Below, one piece after another: positions 14,789-25,070 of a stretch of DNA of 64,000 nucleotides (positions within the stretch are counted from its first letter, which is position 1; every line of letters begins with the position of its first letter). This DNA is from Eukaryota sp. TZLM1-RC (taxonomy: Eukaryota; Protista; Metamonada: BaSk clade). The notes under the pieces were generated by a model. The model searched no databases. It was given only the letters and a program-made list of their open reading frames with translations, and had not been told where the DNA came from. Where the stretch lies: contig JAUPSS010000005.1 of assembly GCA_040285825.1 (NCBI GenBank), positions 1,240,001-1,304,000 on the forward strand. The letters run 5' to 3'. The position numbers were made by a program, and so were the translations under genes.

Positions 14789-15313
14789 TCACTTTTCTCC
14801 AATACTAAATGAGAGAATTTCATACCCCTCAGTTTCTAAGGAATGTAATACTTGACAGATTGCATCACAAAATTCAGATTCATGACCAGAATCAATGAAG
14901 TAAATTGCGGGTTTTACCTTCTTGTCAATAATTTTCGTAGTTAGTTCTTGTAATTCTAGAATAGCATCATATGATTCCTCATTCAATTGATTTTTTATTC
15001 GGAAATTTTCAACATGAATTAAAAAGTCAGTTAATGGGTGAGTTAGATAAACAACACATTTAAAGTCACCATTTTCAATTTGTTCAGAATAATGCCCATA
15101 CGCTTGAATAGTTAAATTGGATTGTATTTCACAAATAATATCACTAATTTGTTCAACCCCATTCTTTTTCAATGCCTCACGTAATCGTTCAACCAATATA
15201 TTAAGAATTTCAGGCTTGTGTACAATGTATGATTTTTCATATATTTTTACAAATTCTTGTGCAAAGCTTTCTTTAACATTTAGTGTGTCGAAAACAACGA
15301 TGTAAGATTTCAT
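14789..15313 (-). CDS. Hypothetical 174-aa protein in the virus-like island
   Basis: Intact ATG-initiated, intronless ORF directly downstream of the RecD2 gene on the same strand. Confidence 0.6.
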   Translation of the reverse strand: MKSYIVVFDTLNVKESFAQEFVKIYEKSYIVHKPEILNILVERLREALKKNGVEQISDIICEIQSNLTIQAYGHYSEQIENGDFKCVVYLTHPLTDFLIHVENFRIKNQLNEESYDAILELQELTTKIIDKKVKPAIYFIDSGHESEFCDAICQVLHSLETEGYEILSFSIGEK

Positions 15314-15359
15314 TTAGACTAAATTAAAACGATTTATAAAAAAAATTATCAATCAAAGT

Positions 15360-17505
15360 TCTTCCATTAATTTCTTCAATCGAGTTCTTCTCAAATGTAT
15401 TGTGCTATTTCTCACAAATTGTGAGATTATCATTTCATTCGTAATAATTTTCAATCTACATTTTGTACGAGTAAATCATGTAAATAAAATTGATCGTATT
15501 CTCATTGGTGGTGGAGTAGTACTATCCAATATTAACATAACAGAATCATATCCAGAACCTTGACTTTTATGTATAGTTATGGCATAACCTAATTCAACAA
15601 TGTTTAGTGTTTTTGGTATTGTAACCTTTTTTTCATCAATCTCAACGATAACATCATTTGGTTTGATTTCTGTTACCACACCAACATCACGATTAAAAAC
15701 ACTCAGGTCGTAATTATTTTGTGTAATGAATATTCTTTCACCAACACCAAATTTACCATTTGTCTCAATTCCTAAATGTGATTGTATACGTAAATTCAAT
15801 TCTTCAGTACCAACTTCACCTGCTTTTTTAGGAATAATAATTTGCCAATCTGTGTGTAACATGTCATTCAACATGTTTATATTAAAAGTTGAATAAATTT
15901 CAACACCATCTCCAGTGACAATGTGTGGAATAACTCCATCTTTAATTTGTGTAGCATAATGCAATATCTTTCCTTGGTTTTGGCGATGAACTTTTGTGAG
16001 GGCAATTTTATTCATCTTACCGATCATTTCCACAAATGATTTTCCAATCCCAATGGGTGGTAGTTGATTTTCGTCACCAACTATGAAAAGTCTACAATGT
16101 TTTATTGAGGAAAATAATTCTGCAAATAGAGGTAAATCAATCATTGATGATTCATCTATGATTATTTTTTTTTTAAAAAACTGGAATATTTATTGAGATA
16201 AAAATAACCATCTAGAATTCAATATCCTCCAAACAAGCGTCACTATTGCTGAACCTACTCACAGCATTACGTTCATATTCTACACCAATAGCTAAAAGTG
16301 CCTTTGAAATCATTGTTGGAATAGACTTGAAAATGCAAAAAACAATTCTATTTAACCAGAAAGTGGAGTTCATTGTTTTACCAGACCTATTCAGTAACAC
16401 TTTTTTAAAATTTTCCAAAAAGTGCAAGCCTGAAGGTCCAATATTGCCAAAAAGAGAAATTGCAAACGGCACAAACTGATATTTCACATGTTCCACTCTA
16501 CCTAACTGTGCCAAAGGTTCTTCATATTTTTTTATCTTCTTTTTTTCGGCGTTAGATAACGGCGAGTCAGCGGAATACACTAAACGAGCAGCAGAATTTT
16601 TGCAAACATCCACTGAGACAACGTCTACAACATTGAGAACACCATCGATCCCTGGAGCTACTAAATCTGCCCTTCTTTTACCAAAGGAATCATCAGTTTG
16701 ATCTATGATTATTGTGTCGTAGATCAATTTATCACACATTCCTAAAATCTATGGATTGTGTAAGCATCACGACATAAAACACTACCAATTCTCTTTGCAG
16801 CCTTTCCCGTAGGTGCCAAAAGAATTGTAACATTGGACAGAAATTCTCTACGTTTTGTAGTCTTTCCAGTCACAGTAGTTTCATTAATAATTGTGATTTC
16901 ATTAAAACGTTTTGTTAATTGATTGACAAAATATTCTTCAATGTTGCAAATTTTCTTACGCCAAATCCAAACGTCATTTGTAATTAAACTGTTTTGGATT
17001 TTTATATATACACCAAATTCCTCAATTTCACAATCATCAAATGTACAACAAAATTCATTCAAAATATTCTGTAAAAAAGTGTGGGATTGACCTTTAACTT
17101 CTTCTCGTTCAATAAAATAAGAAGCACCAGCAACAATACGTTCCGGGTTATTCAGTTGAAAACCAAATTTATGTATATCCAATTCATCAACTTTTGGAAA
17201 TGATAAAAAAATATGAACCAACACGTATGGTTTTTCTTTTTAAATAGTTAAAGATTTTTCCTTGTAACGTGCAAAGAAATCATTTTCAACAATCGGTTTG
17301 CAAATATATTTTGGTTTCATCTTCTAAAACACAATTTTTCAAATTTTCTTTTGCTTTTTCTAAAATATTTAATGGAGATAATACAGTTTCATTTTGAATT
17401 TTATATAATGCATCATTTCCAAGAGAATTGAAAACAGTTTGTGATGTTTTTGATCCAACACCTTTTACATTTTTAACTATTTTATTTTTTAACTGTTTTA
17501 CACAT
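15360..17505 (-). pseudogene. recD2: RecD2/TraA-like SF1B helicase, disrupted
   Basis: N-terminal HhH region (VKGVGSKT; KPYVL..SFPKVD..PERIVAG), then TGKTT, LLAPTGKAAKR, TIHR, IIIDESSMID (across the insertion), VGDENQLPPIG, LTKVHRQ and AITIHKSQGS. Confidence 0.88.
16167..16700 (-). mobile_element. 5'-truncated family C insertion in the RecD2 Walker B motif
   Basis: RLE-domain ORF (RRADLV..DVV..AEKKKIKKY). 13-bp TSD ATCTATGATTATT at 16154-16166 and 16701-16713. Confidence 0.93.
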
Positions 17506-17510
17506 ATGTT

Positions 17511-18470
17511 CCAAAAAAATGTTTCAAATTTGAAGTACACTCTTCGAACATTACAGAAATGATTGACTGGAATGTATGAAAAAGATCTTTATCATAATAT
17601 ATGCAGCTCGGCTGTTTTTAATCAAGATCTTCACTCATTGTTATTGGAAAAGGGTGTTTGTGAAAACAAGTTATCAGATTCTTCACTTTGTGGAACTATT
17701 GTACCACGAAGATTTGGATTGTGTGCCACTAATGAAGCAGTTGTGACAAAAATGAGATTATATTTGAACATCCTCATTAATCAATTATTATCAAAAGAAA
17801 AATGTATTTGTTCGAATTCACCTCAACTCACTTTGCGCCATGCTCTGAATTGCTCTAAATTGATAACTTATCGTTCTTCATTACATGATGCTGTTAGAGA
17901 CACTGTTTCCAATATGGCACAAACTGCAAGGATATCGTGTATCAAAGAGCCCCTGCTGAAGGAAACACTTGCTGAATAATTTTGGTTCTGATGATAGAGG
18001 TGATGTATACTGTGATTGGATTGATAATTCTGAAGCTATTGTTGACTTTGTCTCATGTAATGTTGCAAATGATACTTTGGTTCACAGAAGAAAACTTAAT
18101 CCTGTGGCTGCTCTTGATTTTAAAGCAAAAAAGAAACATAGAAAATATGATAATGATATTGAAGAGGCTAATGTCGATAGAAATACACAGCTGGTTTTTA
18201 TTGCTTTCCCATTTTCGATAAATGGAAGATCATCAGATGAAGCAGAAACTTTTTGGAATGACTTCCAAATAATGGTTAATGAAAAGATTTGATATTTTTT
18301 TGTGGCGTTCACGAATTCAATTCAATAGATTACCTCGTTTTTTCAATCGAATAAGAGAAGCTTTAGCTAGACAGCAAGCAGATCAAGATTTTGTAGAGGA
18401 ATTCTTGGTTCAATGATAGTCGTCCCATTAGTTATGAGTTAATTTAATTTAGTGTGCAAATTCAATAAAT
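17511..18470 (+). mobile_element. 3' fragment of non-LTR family B, truncating the RecD2 5' end
   Basis: Near-identical to 37291-38273. Confidence 0.9.
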
Positions 18471-18532
18471 ATTTCTGCCTATAATTCAACATGAATTGGA
18501 CTAATAATTTCTATTCGCTTTTTTTGCAGAGT

Positions 18533-19423
18533 ATGACTCAACATCCTCTGCTCTCTGTTGAGGGTCTTCCCTTTGAGATCCGCACCATTTCTTCTGGGGA
18601 TCAACATATGAAAGGTCTCTTTGCCACTCAAGCAATATCTGTCGGCGAACTTATCATCGCCGAAAAACCCCTTTTCTTATGCCGTGGCGATTTTTCCTCT
18701 GCTTTCAATAAGCTGACCGATACTGATAAGGAACTTTACATGTCGTATTCCGATGCTTACTCTACAAGTGAAGCAGACAAAACCATCAATGGCATCGGAA
18801 GGACAAATGGCTTGCCTTTACAAGATAGGGGTGGCGCAGTTGGATTCTTTCCTCTCTGCTCTTTATTCAATCACTCCTGCAAGCCTAATGTCACTCACCG
18901 GTTCCATCCCAAGCAACTAACTGAAAAGTTTTTCGCTGTTAGGGACATTGCTGCCGGTGAACAACTCACCACTTGTTACGCCGATGTTCACGATACTCTT
19001 AGCCGTCGTCGCGCCATGATTCATAGACGCTTTAGTTTCAATTGCGGCTGTGATTTCTGCTCTCATCTCGAAGGTGATGCTAAGGCTCAGGCCATTAGTG
19101 ATAAAAACAGAGCAACTTTATTACAACTAGATAATGGCTTCCCTAATCTATTATACAATTCCAAAGATGCCATTGCGCTCACTGACGAGCGTATAGAGTT
19201 AATGAAACAAGAGGGTTTGGAGTACCTCATTTCTTCTGCTTACTATGACACTTTCCAGATAACTGTGGCTTATGGAAGATTGACCAGATGTGCCAAGGAG
19301 TTTGTGCAGAAGGCCCATGAGTGGGCCGTTTTGCATTATGGCGACGACTCTGATTTGGCACAAAAGTATTTAGTCTATGTTAACAACCCAACTTCCCATA
19401 AAAACGCTGGGCTTTTGGGTTGA
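18533..19423 (+). CDS. SET-domain lysine methyltransferase (SMYD/SET5-like)
   Basis: KGLFATQAI..GELIIAE, FNHSCKPN, AVRDIAAGEQLTTCY and post-SET FNCGCDFC. The upstream in-frame ATG at 18491 is also possible. Confidence 0.9.
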   Translation: MTQHPLLSVEGLPFEIRTISSGDQHMKGLFATQAISVGELIIAEKPLFLCRGDFSSAFNKLTDTDKELYMSYSDAYSTSEADKTINGIGRTNGLPLQDRGGAVGFFPLCSLFNHSCKPNVTHRFHPKQLTEKFFAVRDIAAGEQLTTCYADVHDTLSRRRAMIHRRFSFNCGCDFCSHLEGDAKAQAISDKNRATLLQLDNGFPNLLYNSKDAIALTDERIELMKQEGLEYLISSAYYDTFQITVAYGRLTRCAKEFVQKAHEWAVLHYGDDSDLAQKYLVYVNNPTSHKNAGLLG

Positions 19424-19821
19424 AATTATTAATAAATTTCTTTTGATTATTGGTGGTTTTCAAGACTGGTTAATGATTTGACATTTTTTGCATGGTTGTG
19501 TAGATGTAGTTTGATCATCTTAGTTACATGAAAATAGTAGAAAAAGAGCTGATTGATGGTGGACATTTAGTAAATACTATTTACATAGACACAGGAATAC
19601 ATTTTTGTCCCTTTCTGTATTCTTTGCTTGGTTATTGGGTTAAGTCAGGTTTGGCCTTGCTTAAGGACCTTGATATTGTTGGCAGAGAAGGAAATGGAGG
19701 AAGTTTTGGTAGTGTTTCTTGCCCAAATAGATTTACTTTTTTGATTTTCCCATAAACGGGCGCAACTGATTATATTTTTCTGCAACTGATTTTGATCATA
19801 GTTTGATCTATTTGCAGAATT

Positions 19822-20097
19822 TTAATAACAAATTGTTTTGATGTCTTCACTAAAAAAGACTGCTGTTCCATTTAATAGACGATAAGCTTGACGAGAAAAA
19901 TCATGAGGGATTTCTCTGGTGAGGGTATTGTTGGTATCCCATATTCCAAGATTCATTCCACGGCAATTAAAGGTATTCTCAGGAATCTCACCGGTGAGTC
20001 TACGATTGTTTATAATGGTAAAGCGAATCAATGTATGCATGCACCAAATGTCGGGTGGTAACTGTCCTTGAAAGTTGTTGTCTTCTCTGAAGTCCAA
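19822..20097 (-). pseudogene. Plant-type (LxGxIP) LRR fragment
   Basis: NNFQGQLPPDI...NRRLTGEIP; further decayed LRR-like sequence near 20600-20900. Confidence 0.5.
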
Positions 20098-20168
20098 TAG
20101 TACGACAAAGAAAATTTTGATTTGTGATGGTGAATGATGATTTTACTGTTGTCTATTCATTGTATATA

Positions 20169-20240
20169 AGCCTAGTGTTGGCTACCAACACTAGGCTCGT
20201 CTAAGTGACAGGCTTAGAATATTGTTTGGCGAAACAAACA
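20169..20240. other. Three adjacent hairpins (candidate structured RNA or element terminus)
   Basis: AGCCTAGTGTTGG-cta-CCAACACTAGGCT (13 bp), TCTAAG-7nt-CTTAGA, and TGTTTG-gcgaaa-CAAACA. Confidence 0.5.
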
Positions 20241-21737
20241 CTAATTCAAAAATTACTGGCAATTTTGGCAAATTTCTGCAAATTGATGTGATTACTTGTA
20301 TAGAAATTATTATTATCTAAGTAGTTTTTATAAGGTGACCCACAAACAAGTTATTAAGAACGATTAACAAAGGCAAACCAGAGAAAAAGTAGACTATTTC
20401 TTGCTAAAAGCTGTCTCAAGTTTCAAGTAACTGGTACAAAAACTTCAATACTCAAATTTAAATGCTTCTGAGCTGAATACTGAATTCACCATGGAAAACA
20501 TGTTAATTAAAATAAGTAATCATAATTAATAGAACTTGTTAAACCAAACCTTGATTAATAAATTTTGTTAGAGATAGGGAAGAATATAATAAACTGTCTT
20601 CACTAGGTTTAATCAATTGAATCGATTTCAAAGGAAGGTTGTTTCAAAGGAAGGTTCCGCCCATTGATATTGGAAGGACCTATGTTATGATCTAAGAATT
20701 CCTCCAAGTTTGGTAATTGTACTGTAGAATGAATCCTAAGCCATTTGTGAAAGAAAATTTCCAACTTAATATTCTCAGTTTAATCTAACAATGGATTGAG
20801 GTAGAGTTGTTTCTCCTGTAAACGTGTCTTCTGAAACACCAACACGTGATTCCGACACCACCAACTCACTTTACCGGAAACAAGTTACTTTACCATTGCT
20901 GCCCAAATATGCGTTGGCAAATAATGCAAAAATCATCATTTGGTCCTTCTCCAGCAATAATTGAACCTTTTTCAAACAATAAGCTTATACATTTTCAGTT
21001 CCTCTATCTTTCACCTAATAATACCTGATCGAATCTTGAAGACCAATAATGAGTTCAAGTAATGTTTATTTTGTGTTGTACACGTTTTGTGTGTCATCGA
21101 TGTGCCTGAAGCATTGAATTTTTCTTGGTATCAAATATCACTTTTTTGAGCAAATTAATATGTCACAAACAAACTAACTACATTCACAGAACCCACGACT
21201 AACTACGAGGGAAAATCTTCCTCATAACCTGGATGTTCAACATAGGATCAGTGTGATACTAAGTATTTTAGAAAACGACTCAGGCATAAGTACATTTTGA
21301 AAACAAATGAGAACTTCGTAATTTGATATATTTTAAATTTAGAAAACCTTGTTCATGATACAAATACAGATATTTAATTTAGTAGTCCCCATTTTATCGG
21401 GAAGAATGAGTACTGCAAATATACATTTCTATTGAAATAAAACAAACAATTTAAAGTGAAAATAAAATAATGGAAAATTTTGAGATGTATTTGAAAAAAC
21501 ATCATTCAGAGGTTACAAAGTCAACTTTGAAAAAGCCACTACAATTTTAAAAAAAGAAAAAACAGAGCAAAGTACCTAAACAAGAGCTGTGTTAAAAAAA
21601 AGAAAAAACAAAATTTCCTGAATGGAAAGCTGATCAAGTAAACAACATTAGATTTGTGATAAAGAAACACTGTTAATACTACCTTTTACCACCTAACTGA
21701 TTGCCCATTGCTCCTAATATCAGATTACCAACATTAA

Positions 21738-22382
21738 TCACTTAATTATACTTCCACTCGCTATTTGATGTCGCCTCTCCTCTACTAACTTCCTCTCAGC
21801 TTCTGTTCCATGTCTAACACCAGAAGAATCCTGTTTCATCGCATATGATATCGACATTGGCCTACCACTAATAGCTTGGCCATTGAGTTCCTTCAAAGCA
21901 TTATCAGAGCTTTCAAAAGAATCAAAAGACACAAAAGCAAAACCTCTACTAATACCTGTATCAGGATCCCTCATTACTCTAGGCGGGATGGGCATGTAAC
22001 CAAAGTGGCTGAAAAGATTGTAGAGATGGACTTCATCGACTTGAGGGGCTAGATTAGACACATGAAGGTTGGCACCAATCTCAACATCAGCTTCCTCTCT
22101 ATGGGCCTTGTTCACTCTAAGAGGCTTTCCGTAGAGGCGGATCATGTTCATAACGCGGATGGCGTAATCAGCGTCTTCTTCTGTACGGAATTCCACAAAA
22201 CCAAAGCCTTGTTGAGCATTTGTGAGGGGATCTTTGGGCATGTGAACGTTAACGACAGGGCCAACTTGGAGGAAGAGTTCATAGAGGAGAGGTTCGTCGG
22301 CTTGTGGGTCAAGGTTACCCACGTATATGGTTGCTTCTTGATTTCGTGTGTCATAGTTGGCAGTATATTTGTTTGTGGACAT
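21738..22382 (-). CDS. SF3B4: Splicing factor 3B subunit 4 (SAP49), two RRMs
   Basis: RNQEATIYVGNLD, GFGFVEF..EEDADYAIRVMNMIRLYGKPLRVNKA, GANL, RHGTEAER. Confidence 0.97.
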   Translation of the reverse strand: MSTNKYTANYDTRNQEATIYVGNLDPQADEPLLYELFLQVGPVVNVHMPKDPLTNAQQGFGFVEFRTEEDADYAIRVMNMIRLYGKPLRVNKAHREEADVEIGANLHVSNLAPQVDEVHLYNLFSHFGYMPIPPRVMRDPDTGISRGFAFVSFDSFESSDNALKELNGQAISGRPMSISYAMKQDSSGVRHGTEAERKLVEERRHQIASGSIIK

Positions 22383-22540
22383 GGTATATAGTTAAGATAG
22401 GGTTGGGTAGTAGTAACTTTGGAGAGTGTAGGATAGAATCAATGTTGAAGAGTTGAATTCCCAAGAACATTTTCCAAATGAATCAGATTCAAAACACCTG
22501 AGAATTTCACACAAAGTGAATATTGAATAAATATCCCTAA

Positions 22541-22670
22541 TAATTGTGTAAACTTCTCAGCACCAAGGGTTAGTATACACTAAACACCTTGGAAATACGT
22601 TGATTAAAACAGCTACTGCTGTCTTCTTAGGCGTCTCACACGCCTTGGCCTTCTGAATGGTTCTGGCCTA
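22541..22670 (-). ncRNA. Candidate Fanzor omegaRNA scaffold
   Basis: Overlaps the ORF 3' end. Hairpin AGGCGU/ACGCCU at 22629-22645. Hairpin CCAAGG..UUAGU-GUAU-ACUAA..CCUUGG at 22563-22592. Apical GUGUA is complementary to downstream UACAC (22546-22550), a possible pseudoknot. Boundaries are inferred. Confidence 0.55.
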
Positions 22671-24478
22671 GTACCAGTGAAATACTCACTAATTGCAATC
22701 TCCAGCTGGTTTCTGGAGGCTGAGATGTCTCTAGACCAGTTGGTCTGACATCGAGGGCAATCGAACTTAGCGTTATTTACCCTTCCGTCATCATGATAGA
22801 TCTTTCTATGAAAGACCTTACAGCAATTCACATTTGCTGAGGTCATAAACTCGTCCCCGACTTTGACGTTTTCAAAGTGTTTTTTGATTTGTTTGAGAAA
22901 TCTCTTTCGGGGGGATTTCACAGATTGACGAGATGGACCACCACCGCCATTGCCGAACCAAACTATAGTGTTTCTTCCTTCAGACAAGCGTTTAATTTTG
23001 TTAATAAAACTAGTTAGTCTCTTTTGTCTTCGTATGAAGAAATCAAACTTATTTCTTCTCAGCTTTTTTCTTGCACCACGCTGCAAATTTCCAGACATAA
23101 TTGAAGCATATTCAGGCTCTTCCTCAGATTCAGGAACATAAGGTAAACTTATTTCAATCAGATACTCTTGGAAGCTCTGAGCGGAATAAGTGTTAGGAGT
23201 TGCTTGAGTCAGAGGAGGAGGGTGATTTAGTCTTCGTTCTTTTGGATTCAGTAGCAGTCCAGAACGTTCAAAAACAGTAGCAGAATTTCGGAAAGAACCA
23301 GCAGTCCAACCACAAAGATTGCTGTGGTTGGGATCAATGGCTACAAAAAACAAATTTTCATCAGGATCTCTGTAATTGGGCTGTTGTTCCACTGGTAACC
23401 GCGGTCTTCTCTGTGGATTTGCTGTTCTATGGACATTGGATTTTCGTTTCCTTTCAGAGTTATGAAAATCATAATTTCCAGAGGCTCGCCTGGGCTCAAA
23501 TTCCGCTTTATTTGGCCTATTATAAGTTTTTCTTTCCTTCTGGGTAAACGTAAACCGCAAGGAATCACCATTCGAAAAAATGGTATAGTTAATAAATTTC
23601 GATTTATTAAAAAACCGATAAGGGTTGTTCAGAAGCTCTTTGTTTGCATTTAGTTTTGTGAAATAAGCTTCTGCTTCTTTAGTCAAGCTGCAGAAGCACG
23701 GAGACCAACTGGACAGCGGAGAGAGAGTGCCTTTTCATCACATCAGGGCAGTTATCTTCTAAAAAGATAAAATGTTCAAGCCAGATTGAACGATTGTTGC
23801 AGCAGACTCCATATTGATGGGAAACCGTTCGTTTCTTATTGAATTTTCGAACAAATTTTGACCGCCATCAATATAGGCGTTGGCTGTCATATTGAGCCAA
23901 TGGACCAAGATATGCTGGTGTATTTCTTGATACCATTGTAAAATTGACTCATCTGGCTGAATCCCTTGAAGTACACAGTCGGCGTATTTCTTGGGCCAGG
24001 GGCAATTTAGAAACTGGGCACAGCTTTTGAAAAAATTGCGTTTCCAGACGACAGGGCCGTCAGCAAGCAACTGACAAAAGGCTTCTCGCAGTTGGATGGC
24101 TCGACTGCCAAGAAGAGTGGAAAGACACCAAAATCTACCACCGTCGGCTGAGGTGGTTTCATTCAGCGGTCGCCAGGGCCAAAAGTGCTGAACAAGGTGT
24201 TGCAGCGCTTGGTAAACCAAAGGATGGTTTTCAAATGGCCTCCTTTGTTTAGGCTCACTTTGGCAAACAAAGTCGAAACAGAGGCTCCAGAACTGGCTTT
24301 GAGTGAGCCACATTGAGTGTTCTGGGTATTGGAGCACAAAGAGTCGTGCTAGGTGAGTAGCATGAGCTCCAATACTAGCAAGAACTTGGAACTGGCGTTC
24401 CATAGCTTCTTGTGCCTCTGAGTCGAAGAACTGGTTGACAGACGCTCCCACAGTTGTAGTTTGTAGAACGTTATCCAT
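22613..24478 (-). CDS. Fanzor1 (eukaryotic TnpB-like RuvC nuclease), about 620 aa, with a short frame disruption at about 23715-23765
   Basis: RuvC-I VAIDPN, WFGNG...P, RuvC-II VGDEFMTS, zinc site CC...CPRC, RuvC-III WSRDISASRN and C-terminal GTRPEPF. ORFs 23759-24574 and 22613-23686 are in the same frame. Confidence 0.9.
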
Positions 24479-24779
24479 GGCAGTCAACACAGAACGGAAA
24501 CAGTCAGAAATGATTGAAAATTTGTTTCCTAAAATTGAAAATTTGTTGAAGTCAATCAATCTTATAGTTGTCAATTCAAAGTAAAGTTAGTTACAAGTGT
24601 TTATTAATGAGACATATCGTTCAAGATTACTTTCTGAATATTTTCCTTTCTTCAGACAAGAACTACATGTTACAAAAGTTGGTGAGTGGAGTTTGGTTGG
24701 GTTGTCATCATTGCCCAGATTCGTAATTGAATTTCATTTCATCACTTACAACATTTCATCACTTACTCTACTACGAACC

Positions 24780-25070
24780 TTCTCCTACGAATCCTTGCTT
24801 GCAGCTACTACCACTCTTTATGTCGGAAATTGAGAATCACTTTTATTTTAAGTAAAGTTTTTTTTTCTTCCTTCCTCGCTGTTACTACATTGTCATAGGT
24901 CCCTTCCCTCAAGTTCATGTTTTCATCCTCAGTTCCAAAACTTTTCCAAACACTGGTTTTCACTACTCAACACTGATTGTGACTTTTCCCATGCTTCGGC
25001 AATAGTAATCCTCCTTTGCTCAATTAAACCATCATTCATCACCCCATCATGGAATCATGATCGGCAACTA
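24780..25070 (+). pseudogene. Possible decayed RRM gene (CBP20/NCBP2-like)
   Basis: LLAATTTLYVGN, VFSSFLAVT.IVIG and FITPSWNHD across frames loosely resemble CBP20; heavily degraded. Confidence 0.25.

Noticed and set aside
16212-16739. Stand-alone 175-aa gene
   Set aside because: It is a chance fusion of RecD2 codons with an inserted retrotransposon 3' end, as shown by the TSD.
23690-23795. Intron explaining the Fanzor stop codons
   Set aside because: The short GT-AG candidates I tested, taken singly, leave a stop in frame. Two compensating indels in low-complexity runs fit better, though splicing is not formally excluded.
22541-24620. Terminal inverted repeats or TSD delimiting the Fanzor element
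   Set aside because: No convincing TIR or TSD was found by eye; the ends remain undefined.
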